64,000 nucleotides of DNA, taken from contig CAVYZF010000011.1 of the NCBI GenBank assembly GCA_963772955.1, forward strand, positions 571,025 through 635,024. Direction: 5' to 3'. This document shows positions 29,023 to 40,622 of the stretch, one piece after another. Each line of letters opens with the position of its first letter. Position 1 is the first letter of the stretch. The stretch is from an uncultured Acidobacteriota bacterium (GTDB lineage: Bacteria; Acidobacteriota; Vicinamibacteria; Vicinamibacterales; UBA2999). Both the position numbers and the translations under genes were made by a program. The notes under the pieces were generated by a model. The model had not been told where the DNA came from, made no database searches, and saw nothing but the letters and a program-made list of their open reading frames with translations.

Positions 29023-31742
29023 ATGAAGCGCATGGCGGGATCGGTTTCCGCACCCTCGAGGACGTCCTCGTCGAGGTACCCGGACATGAACACTACGCGA
29101 AGGGCCGGATAGCGGACCCGAAGACGGGCGAACAGATCGGGCCCGCGTCCGCCGGGCAGCATCACATCCGCGACGAGGACGTCGACCTGCCCGACTTCAG
29201 ACATGACGGATTCGGCCTGCTCGGGCGTCGACGCTTCATAGACACGATGCCCGGCGCGCTCGAGGATCACCCTCGAGACATATCGAACGGCTTCCTCGTC
29301 CTCGACGATGAGCACCGAGGAGCGCGGAGAGTCGGCGGTGAGCACCGCAGGCTCCGCACTGGGCACCAACCGTTCGCGAACGGAATCCGCCACTCGAGGC
29401 AGATAGACACGGAAGGTCGAGCCTTTTCCGATCTCGCTTTCCACCGCGATGTAGCCGTGCGCAGCGGTCACGATCCCGTGAACCGTCGCGAGCCCGAGAC
29501 CAGTTCCTTTTCCACGGTCCTTCGTCGTGAAGAATGGCTTGAAAAGCTGCGCGCGCACCTCCTGGCTCATACCGACGCCAGAATCGGCGACAGCGATCAT
29601 CACGTAGTGACCGTTTGCGATCTGCCCGCTGTGTGCGTCGATTCCTGCCTCGACGCGCACGTGCGCAGTCTCGATGCAAATGCCGCCGCCCTTGGGCATC
29701 GCGTCCCTGGCGTTGACCACAAGGTTGACCACCACCTGTTCGAGCTGCCCGCGATCGGTTCGAATCGAATCGAGGTCGTCAGCGAGGTTCGTCGTCAGCG
29801 TCATGTGTTCGCCGATCAACCGGCGCAGCATATCGAGGAGATCGGCGACCACCTCGTTCGCGTTCAGGACCGTGACCTCAGGCACTTCCTGCCGGCTGAA
29901 GGCCAGCAACTGTCTGGTCAGAGCCGTGGCGCGCGTCGCGGCCTTGACGACTTCATCCACGTTCCGGCGACGGACCGGATCGTTCATGCCCTCCTTCACC
30001 AGCGTCGCATATCCCAGAATCGCGGTCAGCAGGTTGTTGAAGTCGTGCGCGACGCCTCCAGCGAGTTGTCCCACGGCCTCCATCTTCTGCGCTTGAAGGA
30101 ACTGCGCTTCGAGAAGGTGTCGCCCGGTCACATCGACGGTCACGCCAATCAGCCGCTCGTGGCTTTCCGCAGGATCCGCAACGACGCGCCCGGCACTTCG
30201 CATCCACCGGATGCCGCCGTCCGGCACCACCACGCGTGACTCGAGGTCGAAACCACTCTTCGTCCCGATCGCTCGATCGATCGCCGTCGTCGCCTCGGCC
30301 CGATCGTCCGGGTGCAACCGCTCGACGATGTCGGCGAGTGTTCGGATGGCATCTGGCGACGAGGCAAGCAGCGGAGAGGCGTTCTCGGTCCAGACCACCG
30401 CATGCGTATCGAGGTCGACCTCCCACACGCCGACGCCGAGCGAGGCGAGCGCGGTAGACGTTCGTTTCTGCGACTCACGCAGCGCTTCCTCAGCGCGTTT
30501 GAGCTCGGTGATGTCGTGAATAGTGATAATGGCACCTCTGATGCCGCCGTCCGCATTCTTGAGGGGCGTGTGGGTGACGAGCAGCCATGCCGAACTCCCC
30601 GACGGATCGAGACGCTCGACATCGCCTTCGATATGCTGGCCTGCCAGTGCTCGCTCCATCGAGTCGAGCTCCGACAGGACTCCGAATGAGGTGGCCTGCA
30701 CGAGCGGCTTGCCCACGACCTCGGGTGCCGGGATCCCGGTGAGCCGCTCCATGAACGGGTTCCACAACACGCACCGGCGATGCTCGTCGACGACGACGAT
30801 CCCTTCCTGCGCGCTCGCAACAATCTGCGTGTTGAACTCGGACGACTCTCGCAGCACACGCTCAGCGGATTGGCGGCGTTCCTCGCTGCGGTCCAGGCGC
30901 GAGGCATACATGACGACGATGAAGGTGAAGAGAACAGTTGTGGCAATGGTCAGGACTGCGGCGCCAATCGTCGGCTCGTACCACTCCACCCGGCGACCGA
31001 GCACATGAATCCAACCGAGCACGAATGGCGCGATGGCGACGAACGGCACCATGTAGCGGGCCAGGACCCCGCCGGGCCCATCGCTCCTCAGGACTCGAAG
31101 CGGCCCACCGATGTGGTCGACCGCCGCTGTACCAAGACCGAGGACTGTCATCCCCAGCGACGTAAACACCATCTGGGAGACGGACGCCCATGAATAGAGC
31201 CCGACGCCGTAGGTGTAGACAATCAGACTCGCCCAGCCGACAAAGGCGGCAGCCAGCGCCGTCTCTCCGCCCTTCGAGCGACCTTGCGATCGAGGACTCG
31301 TCAACAGGAGCAGAGAGATCCCCTGCAGCGTGAAACCGAGGGCGGCAAGAAGTCCCATCCGCACCGGCTCGGTCGTCAGGATTCCAGCCCTAGCCAGCAC
31401 GTGGCCGATCCACGTCACCCCCATCAGCACGAGCAGGCCGCAGGCAAAGAGTCGGGCCCACAAGTAGGCTCCGGGTCCGCGCAACAGCATCAGCAGTGCC
31501 GCGCCACCAAGAACGAGACTCGTAGCAGCGCTGGCTTTCATGGCGGTGATGCCAGGGAGGAGGCGCGTGGCTCGTTCGATCTCGAAGGCCCAACCCACGA
31601 GGACAAGCCCACCTAGAACGAGACTGACCAACGCGGCTACGAACGGAAGGGATGAGAGCCAACCGGACCGGGGGTCGCGAACATGATCCGAGATACCTGG
31701 CGAACTGACAGCCGTCCGCCCACCGAGGGGGCCGTGGTCCAA
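28953..31742 (-). CDS. hybrid sensor histidine kinase (membrane sensor domain, PAS repeats, HisKA, HATPase, receiver)
   Basis: 929 aa. H-box VAHDFNNLLTAILGYA; G-boxes DSGVGM and GTGLGLATV. The C-terminal receiver reads LIVEDEEAVR...DVLVADVMLPG. Confidence 0.9.
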   Translation of the reverse strand: MDHGPLGGRTAVSSPGISDHVRDPRSGWLSSLPFVAALVSLVLGGLVLVGWAFEIERATRLLPGITAMKASAATSLVLGGAALLMLLRGPGAYLWARLFACGLLVLMGVTWIGHVLARAGILTTEPVRMGLLAALGFTLQGISLLLLTSPRSQGRSKGGETALAAAFVGWASLIVYTYGVGLYSWASVSQMVFTSLGMTVLGLGTAAVDHIGGPLRVLRSDGPGGVLARYMVPFVAIAPFVLGWIHVLGRRVEWYEPTIGAAVLTIATTVLFTFIVVMYASRLDRSEERRQSAERVLRESSEFNTQIVASAQEGIVVVDEHRRCVLWNPFMERLTGIPAPEVVGKPLVQATSFGVLSELDSMERALAGQHIEGDVERLDPSGSSAWLLVTHTPLKNADGGIRGAIITIHDITELKRAEEALRESQKRTSTALASLGVGVWEVDLDTHAVVWTENASPLLASSPDAIRTLADIVERLHPDDRAEATTAIDRAIGTKSGFDLESRVVVPDGGIRWMRSAGRVVADPAESHERLIGVTVDVTGRHLLEAQFLQAQKMEAVGQLAGGVAHDFNNLLTAILGYATLVKEGMNDPVRRRNVDEVVKAATRATALTRQLLAFSRQEVPEVTVLNANEVVADLLDMLRRLIGEHMTLTTNLADDLDSIRTDRGQLEQVVVNLVVNARDAMPKGGGICIETAHVRVEAGIDAHSGQIANGHYVMIAVADSGVGMSQEVRAQLFKPFFTTKDRGKGTGLGLATVHGIVTAAHGYIAVESEIGKGSTFRVYLPRVADSVRERLVPSAEPAVLTADSPRSSVLIVEDEEAVRYVSRVILERAGHRVYEASTPEQAESVMSEVGQVDVLVADVMLPGGRGPDLFARLRVRYPALRVVFMSGYLDEDVLEGAETDPAMRFIQKPFAADALLGSVSRLLDAAGS

Positions 31743-31989
31743 TGAGGCTCCTGTTCGGCGCGTTCACCGGCATCTCACAGGCCAGCAAAATTCCGGAGGA
31801 CCGCGCTTGATACTGAACGTCGAAGCCCTAGTATTTGGACAACCACCTCAGCTTCGCCGCTCAGCAGTTTTTTTCTACCATGCGCGGATGCACCGTTTTG
31901 CACACTAATTCAATCGCCATCTGCACGGAATCAGACCCTCTTCTGTAAAGGATGTAAAGGCCGTGGCACGCTTTAGGACTCTATGGTGC

Positions 31990-32881
<892 letters not shown>

Positions 32882-32892
<11 letters not shown>

Positions 32893-34729
32893 CGGGTTCC
32901 TTGACGTGATGCCTGATGTCGACGGATGGACTCGCGATTGTCTGCGCCGCTCCCGAGGGCCAGCGAATCACCACGCGATCGACGGTGCGCGACGAACCGA
33001 GGCCGTAGTGCAGCCACCTCTGATTCTGTGCGCTGAACCCTGACGCGGCCGTCACCTGTTGCGCCTGAACGTGCCCGTTCCAGTGCAGCTCGACGCGCGC
33101 ACCGATCGCGCTCCGATTGCTTTTCGTCCCTTCGAGCTCGAACTGGATCCAGTGACGCTCGGGAGCGACACTGGTCTCGTAGATCAGGAGCGGGCCACGC
33201 TGGTTCGCCACGATCACGTCGAGTTCGCCGGTGTTCCGCAGATCGGCCAGTGCAACCGCGCGCCCATCGTTCGTGTCGGTGGCACCGATGGCCTGCGCGA
33301 CGTCGGTGAAGTTTCCGAAGCCATCGTTGATCCAGACGTGCTTGCGCTGATACCCCGACAGGCTTCGCCCCTTCATCGCCGGCCAGTTCGCGGCATCGCC
33401 GATGATCGAGCTGTGCCCGACGGCAATCACCGAGAAGTCGTACCAGTAGCTGCTTCGCTCGCCCGCTGAAATGTATCCGTTGACCAGATAGATGTCCTGC
33501 GCGCCGTCGTTGTTCAGATCGCCGAACTGCGCGCCCCAGCTCCATCCCCCGAGGTCAACGCCGAGCGTCGTCGCCAGGTTCTCGAAAACGGGACGGCCGG
33601 CGCCGGCGGCCTTCGGCACCCACAGATCGTTGCCTTGCACGAGTTGTCCAGGCTCGGAGATGTTCGTCTTGTAGATCGAGAGGCGGCCGTCGTTAAAGAC
33701 ATCGCCCAGTGCCGCGTTCATTCCGCTCTTCGGTGCACGCCCGACACCCGTCTCCATCGCAACGTCTTCGAAACGCCTGCCATCACGGTTGCTGAACATC
33801 TCGGAGACGCCGTAGTCGTTGGCAAGGAAGAGCCCGGGATAACCCGTCCCCTGCAGATCCACGGCCGTCACGGCCAGCGTCCATCGACGGCTCGTGATCC
33901 CCATGGCCGCGGTCACATCTTCGAACGCACCACCGCCGCGATTGCGCAACAGATACTTGCGTCCGCCGTTGTTCGCGTACTCGAAGCTCTCCGGCATGAT
34001 GCGGGTTGTCTTCAGGTTCCAGAGATCGACGTCATCCGGCCAGTACCCCGCCAGAAACAGATCGAGCCGGCCGTCTCTGTCGTAGTCCAGCCACGTCGCA
34101 GCGTTCGCGTTCACCCAGCGAGGGAGTCCGGTTCCAGCGGCAACGAATCGCTTCCCGCCCTCGTTGTGAAAGAGCTGCGGTTGGCCGTAGCGATAAAGCA
34201 AGAGATCGTCGAAGCCGTCGTTGTCGTAGTCGCCCCACACGGAACCCATCGACACGCCGGTGTCGCGCCGGTTGACGTCAGCAAGACCGACTGATTGCGC
34301 GACGTCCGCGAAAGTGCCGTCACCCTTGTTGCGATAGAGACGATTGAGGCTTCCCTCTCCACTGTTGGTGACGTAGAAGTCCTGCCAGCCATCCTTGTCG
34401 AAGTCGGCGACGGCCACCGCCGCGCCCGTTGACGCGACCTGCGGCATGATGTGTTCGAGCTTGGAATCGAATGTCGGCGCCTGGTGAACGAAGTCGACGC
34501 CTCGCCTCTTCGCCGACTCGGCAAGCTGGAACCCGAAGCGCAGGTCAGACACGCCCTCGTCATCGGGCAATGACGCGACGGCGTTCTGGTTGAGCGCTCG
34601 CACGGCGACGAGCGAGGCCACCAGGAGAAACGTCCAGACGCCCCAGGCGATGCGTTGTCGAGTGTGGCTGACTGCTGTCACGGCTACTTGCGTCGCAAGC
34701 CCCTCATGAACGCGTCCGGCGACACCCAA
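32882..34729 (-). CDS. CRTAC1-family protein (FG-GAP/VCBS repeats plus ASPIC/UnbV domain)
   Basis: 615 aa. Repeated DxDxDGxxD motifs (DFDKDGWQDF, DYDNDGFDDL, DYDRDGRLDL, DLNNDGAQDI). C-terminal NRSAIGARVEL...SGFSAQNQRWLHYGLG is UnbV_ASPIC-like. Confidence 0.85.
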
Positions 34730-37700
34730 CGGGTGTGAAACTCATCCCAGTCCGATCGGTGCCTTTGATAGACGGGATCCTCTTCCAGATTGCCTGATGT
34801 CCGTGCCTCGCCGTAGGCAGGACGATCGTGCGATGGCAACGGCAGCACGGTCTGCGAGAAGCCGGTGTTGTAGTCGCCGTCTTTCTCCCACCCGTCGCCA
34901 ATGAGCACGAAATCACGGCGCCAACCGGCTTCCGGAGCCAGCTGCTCAGCGAATTGCAGCCGCATCTCGTCGCCGGCGTTCATGATCACATATCGGTCGT
35001 CCACCCCCGACAATAGTGCGTTCACACTACCGAAGCGGGTGTGGTACCCGGTCAGGTCGCGCCATCGCTGCGTGATACCCGCCTTGCGCTCGTAGTTCGG
35101 CGTCTCGGGCGCATCCCCTCTGAGCGACGTCGTCTCCGAGTAGCCTCGATAGCGCAATTCGGTGTCACGCACCTCGAGTCTTTTCGTTCGCAGCGGCGCC
35201 GTCACTTCGGTGGCCAGGACCAATGCGTCCCAGTAGATCTCGAGATTCGTCCGCAGCCTGAGCCGCGTCGCATCCCTGACCCCGCCCAGGTCGATCAACA
35301 TCGTCTTGTTCTTGCCGGCAGGGAAACCGAGGTCCGCATTCACGACCCTCCAGCGACCCTGACGATCCAGTGCCTCGAGCGCGACACCGCTCGGCTTCAC
35401 CACACCGCCCTGCCCGATTGCGACGTTGATGCTGCTGTCAGTGGGATAGATCCATCCGCTTGCGACGAGCGTCAGCCGATCAGCCTGAGCGTGCGCACCA
35501 AGTGCGAACTCGACAAAGTGCTCTTCCGCGATTCCCTGATACTGGCCGCGCGCAAATGTCGCCAGATACTTTCCGTCGCGCGCCGCAATCGACTGAGTGA
35601 CGTCGCTACCCTTCTCGTCCCGCGCATCCGTCACGGCACCCAGCATCTTCAGCGCACGAGGCTCGAGCGCCGGCGGCTTCGATGGCAGGAACCGCTCATC
35701 GACGAACATTTCCGTATCAGCGGGATGGTCAACCACGAGCAGAGAGACGTGATCGAAGAAATGCGTCTCCCACAACTCGGCCGTGATGCGAACATCGTAG
35801 GCGCCGTCACGCGGCTTCAGCTGGTCGCCCGCAATCCTGACCCAGTCTTCCGTCTGCGTCACACCAGCGCTGTCCTGCGCGTTGATACGCAGACCAAGGG
35901 GGGATCGCCACAAGAAGTCGGTCACGAAATTCATCTGCGTGCCGTCCCACGCAAACACCCAGGGACACGATCCCTTGAGCCGCTGCTCCGCGACGATCAC
36001 GTCGTCAACGCCAGTGCCGAACTCCGCCTGCGCGATACCGTTGGGCCAGACGATGCGAGCGACGTCGATGCCGGTGCGAGTACCGAGACCGAAGTGCACC
36101 GGCGTTCCGGACATGACCTGAGTCTGGACTGTGAGCCCCGCACGCACGCTGATCTCGCCGCCGACGCCAAATGAGTTGATGCGTTGATCGCCAGCCGTGG
36201 CCTGCCCTCGCGGCCGAATCGTCTTCCAGTGATACGGCGCTGTTCCTCCGGCACCGATCAACCAGGCAGGGCGACCCATCGCGATGGCAGCCAGATCGAG
36301 TCGGCCGTCGCCGTTTCGATCCACCGCCGCGAGGACCTGGGCATCAGGCGAGGCTGGCAGCGCTTCGAGCTGCTGGTTCTGATTCGCGAGCCAGATGTGA
36401 GACGCCGTCTGCGACGCGGCAATCAGATCGAGTGCGCCGTTGTTATCGAGGTCGGCGATGAGCAGCTGACTCGAGCCAGCCGCGCCGCCTGAGAACCCAG
36501 CCCATGACGCAATCTCTCCTGCGCTCCACGCCGCGTTGATCCACGACGCCTTGCGAACGGTTCCGTTCGACTCGAGCGCGACGATGTCAATTGCACCGTC
36601 AGCGTCGACATCTCCAACCGTCGCGGCAACCACATTCGAGAGCCCCGATATCGCGGTTGCCATCGAGAACTGGCCGGCCTGGCGATTCGTGGCGACAAGC
36701 ACCGACCCAGCAGCGTCGACGAACATCGCATCCGGATCGGCATCCTGATCGAGATCCGCCCACGCAACCCCGCGAACCGACGCCACGCCCGTGAACGGCT
36801 CCGTTCGCCGCCACGTGCTGTCTCCGTTGTTCCTCAACACAAACAGTGAACCTGTCGTCGGAGCGACGACGAGATCGATGTCGCCGTCCATCTCGATGTC
36901 TGCGGCCCACACGCCGAACGCGTCATCTGTGACAGGCGTCGCACCAGAAGCCTTCGCCGTTGCGTCGACGAAGGAGTCCTTCTCATCCTGCAGCAGGAGA
37001 CGCACGCCACCGGGTCCGGCCATGACGATGTCGGTGCGGAAGTCGTGATTCCAGTCGAGCGTGGCGAGCGCACTGAGAGACGGCGAAGGCGGGTCTAAAG
37101 ACCCGCCTCTACGAGCCGGGAATGACCAGGTCAACGCCGATCCGTCAAGACGCCTGAGATTCGTCGCATCGGCGGCAAAAAGAACTGGTGGGGCCTCGAT
37201 CGTGGGAAACAGCGCGACCAGCGCCGTCGCTGCGTCACTTCCCGCTGCCTCCGTGGTGAACGAGATCGAGGGGTCCGCGGGCGACGGCTGCGCCGGTGGC
37301 GGCTGCATCGCGAGAAAGCGATCAAACGGTTCGGCGATCAACTCCGTGGGTGTGCGCACAGCCGCGAGGCTTTCTCGAAATGCCGGAACCGGGGCGAGCA
37401 CGTTTCTCAGAAACGTCGTCGCGCGCACCACGTCGTCGAACCGCATTTCATCGACGGCGCTTTGAAACGACTTGAACTGCTCGAGAGCCTGCGCTGACCA
37501 GAGTCCAGACAGCGGTGCGAGCGCATTGAGTGAGCTGCGCAGGCGCGCCTCATCACGACGGCGCCCGGCAATGCGGGCGCGCTCGATCAGCGCAGCGAGA
37601 TTGCCCGGTTCGCGACGAACGATTTCATCGAGAAGCGCAAGTGCCTCGCCGTCCGCCTCAGGCATGTTGAGACGCTGCAACTCGTCGGCGAGCGCGAACC

Positions 37701-38142
37701 TCGCTCGCAGACTCCCGGGGTCGAGTTCGACGGCGCGGCGCAGCCGAGTGGCCGCCGCGTCGATCTGCCCCCGTGCGGCCTCCATCCTGGCCGCGAGCAG
37801 GACGATGTCACCGTTGTTCGGTGCGAGTGCGAGGGCGCGTTCGATAGGAGCAGCAGCGGCCTCGAGTTCGCCGAGCCTCAGTTGCGTGAGCCCGAGATTG
37901 GCCCACGAGGCCGGCTCCTCCGGGACGATCGTGGTCGCCTTGGTGAACTGCTGGCGCGCATCGTCCAGGAGACCGACTTCAAGGGCGGAGAGGCCCCAGT
38001 AGAACGCGCGCGTCATTTGCTCGTATCTGTCCGAGCCCGGGGCAGGGAGCGACGGGCCCAGGTTTCGCGACACAAGAAATGCGGCCGCTCCAGCGAGCAG
38101 CACGCCGACGAGCACGACGATCGCGAGGTGGTTCCTCGTCAC
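34684..38142 (-). CDS. TPR / FG-GAP / ASPIC-UnbV large membrane-anchored protein
   Basis: 1152 aa. N-terminal TM helix, then TPR-like repeats to about residue 330. FG-GAP repeats follow (DWNHDFRTDI, DIEMDGDIDL, DLDQDADPD, DVDADGAIDI, DLDNNGALDL, DRNGDGRLDL). Then NSFGVGGEISVRAG (UnbV-like) and about 400 aa of unassigned C-terminus. Confidence 0.8.
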   Translation of the reverse strand: MTRNHLAIVVLVGVLLAGAAAFLVSRNLGPSLPAPGSDRYEQMTRAFYWGLSALEVGLLDDARQQFTKATTIVPEEPASWANLGLTQLRLGELEAAAAPIERALALAPNNGDIVLLAARMEAARGQIDAAATRLRRAVELDPGSLRARFALADELQRLNMPEADGEALALLDEIVRREPGNLAALIERARIAGRRRDEARLRSSLNALAPLSGLWSAQALEQFKSFQSAVDEMRFDDVVRATTFLRNVLAPVPAFRESLAAVRTPTELIAEPFDRFLAMQPPPAQPSPADPSISFTTEAAGSDAATALVALFPTIEAPPVLFAADATNLRRLDGSALTWSFPARRGGSLDPPSPSLSALATLDWNHDFRTDIVMAGPGGVRLLLQDEKDSFVDATAKASGATPVTDDAFGVWAADIEMDGDIDLVVAPTTGSLFVLRNNGDSTWRRTEPFTGVASVRGVAWADLDQDADPDAMFVDAAGSVLVATNRQAGQFSMATAISGLSNVVAATVGDVDADGAIDIVALESNGTVRKASWINAAWSAGEIASWAGFSGGAAGSSQLLIADLDNNGALDLIAASQTASHIWLANQNQQLEALPASPDAQVLAAVDRNGDGRLDLAAIAMGRPAWLIGAGGTAPYHWKTIRPRGQATAGDQRINSFGVGGEISVRAGLTVQTQVMSGTPVHFGLGTRTGIDVARIVWPNGIAQAEFGTGVDDVIVAEQRLKGSCPWVFAWDGTQMNFVTDFLWRSPLGLRINAQDSAGVTQTEDWVRIAGDQLKPRDGAYDVRITAELWETHFFDHVSLLVVDHPADTEMFVDERFLPSKPPALEPRALKMLGAVTDARDEKGSDVTQSIAARDGKYLATFARGQYQGIAEEHFVEFALGAHAQADRLTLVASGWIYPTDSSINVAIGQGGVVKPSGVALEALDRQGRWRVVNADLGFPAGKNKTMLIDLGGVRDATRLRLRTNLEIYWDALVLATEVTAPLRTKRLEVRDTELRYRGYSETTSLRGDAPETPNYERKAGITQRWRDLTGYHTRFGSVNALLSGVDDRYVIMNAGDEMRLQFAEQLAPEAGWRRDFVLIGDGWEKDGDYNTGFSQTVLPLPSHDRPAYGEARTSGNLEEDPVYQRHRSDWDEFHTRWVSPDAFMRGLRRK

Positions 38143-38155
38143 GATGCGGAGGGTC

Positions 38156-39688
38156 TTACTCTATTCCCAGGTGAAGCTGCCGCTCGAGCTCCGTAAATCG
38201 ACGAGCCTCAGACGAAACCGGCCACAACAGCGATACGCCGATCGCGACGGCGAACGACAACGGGATCGAGACGATGCCCGGATTCCGCAGCGGGAACCAG
38301 GCGACCGCGTTGTGCAGGATGTCGATCTGGATCGTCGGCGAGGAATAGATCAGGAGCAGTGACGCAAGGGTGCCGACGATCATGCTGCTCTGCGCGCCAG
38401 CCGTCGTGAGGCGGCTCCAGAAGATCGACAGCACCAGCGCCGGGAAGTTCGCGCTCGCGGCGATGGCGAACGCGAGGCCAACCATGTAAGCGACGTTCTG
38501 TCCCTTGAATGCGATTCCGAGCACAATGGAGACGATCGCCAGCAGCACCGTCGCGCCGCGCGCAACGAGGAGCTGCTCGCGCTGATCGGCCTTATCGCCG
38601 CGCACAACGCTCACCCACAGATCGTGAGACAGCGTCGCCGCGCCGGACAGCGTGAGGCCCGCCACGACGGCGAGGATCGTCGCAAACGCCACCGCTGAAA
38701 TGAACCCGAGGAACGGCGTCCCACCGACACCCTCGGCGAGCAGCGGTGCGGCCATGTTGCCGCCCGCGTCGATCGCGGTGATGGCATCGCGACCGATGAT
38801 CACCATCGAGCCGAAGCCGAGGATGAACGTCAGCAGGTAGAAGAACCCGATGAACGCCGTCGCATAGCCCACGGACGTCCGCGCGGTGCGCGCATCAGGC
38901 ACGGTATAGAACCGCATCAGGATGTGCGGCAGGCCTGCCGTGCCCAGCATCAACGCAAGCCCGAGCGACACGGCATCGATCGGATCGCTCACCTGTCGGC
39001 CCGGGCTCAGGACGCCCGACCCGTACTGCTCGGCGGCCTTCGAGAAGAGCGCGAACAGACTGAAGTCGAATCGCGCGAGGACGAGTCCCGCAAGCAGCGT
39101 GGCACCGCCAAGCAGAAGCACGGCCTTCACGATCTGCACCCAGGTCGTCGCGATCATGCCGCCGAAGAGCACGTACGCGAGCATGACAACGCCCACGATC
39201 GCGACCGCCGCTTCATAAGGCAACCCAAAGAGCAGGCGGATCAGGTTGCCGGCACCCACCATTTGGGCGATCAGGTAGAACGCGATCACCGCCAGCGAGC
39301 CAATCGAGGCGGCGATGCGAATAGGCGTCTGTCGCAGTCGCGCCGCGAGCACGTCAGCAAATGTGTAGCGGCCGAGGTTCCTGAGCGGCTCAGCGATGAG
39401 GAACATCACGATTGGCCACCCCACCAGCCAGCCAATCGAATAGATCAGGCCGTCGAAACCCGAGAGGGCGACGAGGCCCGCGATGCCGAGGAAGCTCGCG
39501 GCGCTCATGAAGTCACCAGCGAGCGCGAGGCCGTTCTGGAACGCCGTCACACTTCCGCCGGCCGTGTAGAACTGCTCCGCCGTCTTCGTGCGACGAGCGG
39601 CCCACGCCGTGATTCCAAGGGACAGTGCGATGAAGACCAGGAAGAACGTGATGGCGATGGCGTTCGGCTCACCCAGGGACGACGTCAT
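38156..39688 (-). CDS. actP: cation/acetate symporter (SSF family)
   Basis: Start set at MTSSLGEPNAIAITFFLVF (ATGA overlap with the DUF485 stop). FYTAGGSVTAFQNGLALAGDFMSAASFLG is typical of ActP. Confidence 0.88.
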   Translation of the reverse strand: MTSSLGEPNAIAITFFLVFIALSLGITAWAARRTKTAEQFYTAGGSVTAFQNGLALAGDFMSAASFLGIAGLVALSGFDGLIYSIGWLVGWPIVMFLIAEPLRNLGRYTFADVLAARLRQTPIRIAASIGSLAVIAFYLIAQMVGAGNLIRLLFGLPYEAAVAIVGVVMLAYVLFGGMIATTWVQIVKAVLLLGGATLLAGLVLARFDFSLFALFSKAAEQYGSGVLSPGRQVSDPIDAVSLGLALMLGTAGLPHILMRFYTVPDARTARTSVGYATAFIGFFYLLTFILGFGSMVIIGRDAITAIDAGGNMAAPLLAEGVGGTPFLGFISAVAFATILAVVAGLTLSGAATLSHDLWVSVVRGDKADQREQLLVARGATVLLAIVSIVLGIAFKGQNVAYMVGLAFAIAASANFPALVLSIFWSRLTTAGAQSSMIVGTLASLLLIYSSPTIQIDILHNAVAWFPLRNPGIVSIPLSFAVAIGVSLLWPVSSEARRFTELERQLHLGIE

Positions 39689-39978
39689 CGGGGGCCCTCG
39701 GGGACACCAGATGCTCGCAGCCGTGCGAGCGACGCGTCGTAGTGGCTGTTCGCCCAGTGGATGTAGAACCACGTCAGCAGCCACGCGACGAGGATCACGA
39801 GCACGCCGAGCAGCATGCCCAGGCTTAGTCCCTCGGTCACCGGTGTTCCCATAAGTGGCTTGTTGAAAGCGACGAGGAGGATGAAACCGAAGTAGACGAC
39901 CATCATCGCGATGGTGAGCGAAATGGCGACGCGCCAGCGCGCGGCAGACACAGCTTCAAGCGTGGATGATGTCGGCAT
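39685..39978 (-). CDS. DUF485 (YjcH-like) small membrane protein
   Basis: About 97 aa with two TM helices, immediately upstream of and overlapping actP, which is the classic yjcH-actP arrangement. The start is uncertain (39978 or 40032). Confidence 0.75.
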   Translation of the reverse strand: MPTSSTLEAVSAARWRVAISLTIAMMVVYFGFILLVAFNKPLMGTPVTEGLSLGMLLGVLVILVAWLLTWFYIHWANSHYDASLARLRASGVPEGPR

Positions 39979-40097
39979 CAGAGGTGCGAGGATACCTGAA
40001 GACCCGCCGATTCCCACGCCTGAAAACAGCAAAGCAACGCCGCGACCGTATACCGGTCAGGGCGTTGCTTTGTAGGAAACCGAAAAAACGACGGCTC

Positions 40098-40532
40098 TTA
40101 CTTGTCGGGTCTTTCGTCAGGCGCGCCCGTGCCGGACGAACCGACGAAGAGCTTCTTGCCGTCGGGGAACGTAATGTCGCGACCGTTCGCCCGATTGGCT
40201 CCGTCCTTGGCCTGGAAGCCCTCGACCAGGATCTCGGTGCCCTCGGTCAGCGAGTTCTTGTTCCAGCCGCGGCGCAGCAGCGCGTTCGGGGCGCCGCCTT
40301 CAACCATCCATCGCTCGACCTTGCCAGTGGCGGGATCCTTCACATCGATGTGAATCCAGGAATGCGGATTGATCCATTCCATCTTCACGACCGTGCCCCG
40401 CAGCTTGACCGGACGCTTGGCGTCAAATTCAGCCGCAAAGGAGTGGTGCGCTGAGACCTGGACAGCAAACACCGCCACCAGAAATGCGGCAGCGGCCGCC
40501 ATGCTGAAGAGTTTCGTTCGCATCGAATTCAT
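40098..40532 (-). CDS. small secreted protein, DUF6152-like
   Basis: 144 aa. Signal peptide ending VSAHHSFAAEFD, then VKMEWINPHSWIHIDV. The family name is recalled from memory, not searched. Confidence 0.55.
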   Translation of the reverse strand: MNSMRTKLFSMAAAAAFLVAVFAVQVSAHHSFAAEFDAKRPVKLRGTVVKMEWINPHSWIHIDVKDPATGKVERWMVEGGAPNALLRRGWNKNSLTEGTEILVEGFQAKDGANRANGRDITFPDGKKLFVGSSGTGAPDERPDK

Positions 40533-40622
40533 CTCCTACCTATGTCTACTCGGAACTACCCGACCCTGGGGATTAAAAGTCCGCCCCACAATTGTATCAC
40601 TCAGCCGCAGAATCACTCAGAA

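Noticed and set aside
31896-31903. A shared regulon defined by GTGCAAAA/TTTTGCAC at 31.9 kb, 54.36 kb and 58.1 kb.
   Set aside because: There are only three or four short matches, all in AT-richer spacers where such words are more likely. The arm orientation differs between sites. It is kept only as a note under the palindrome finding.
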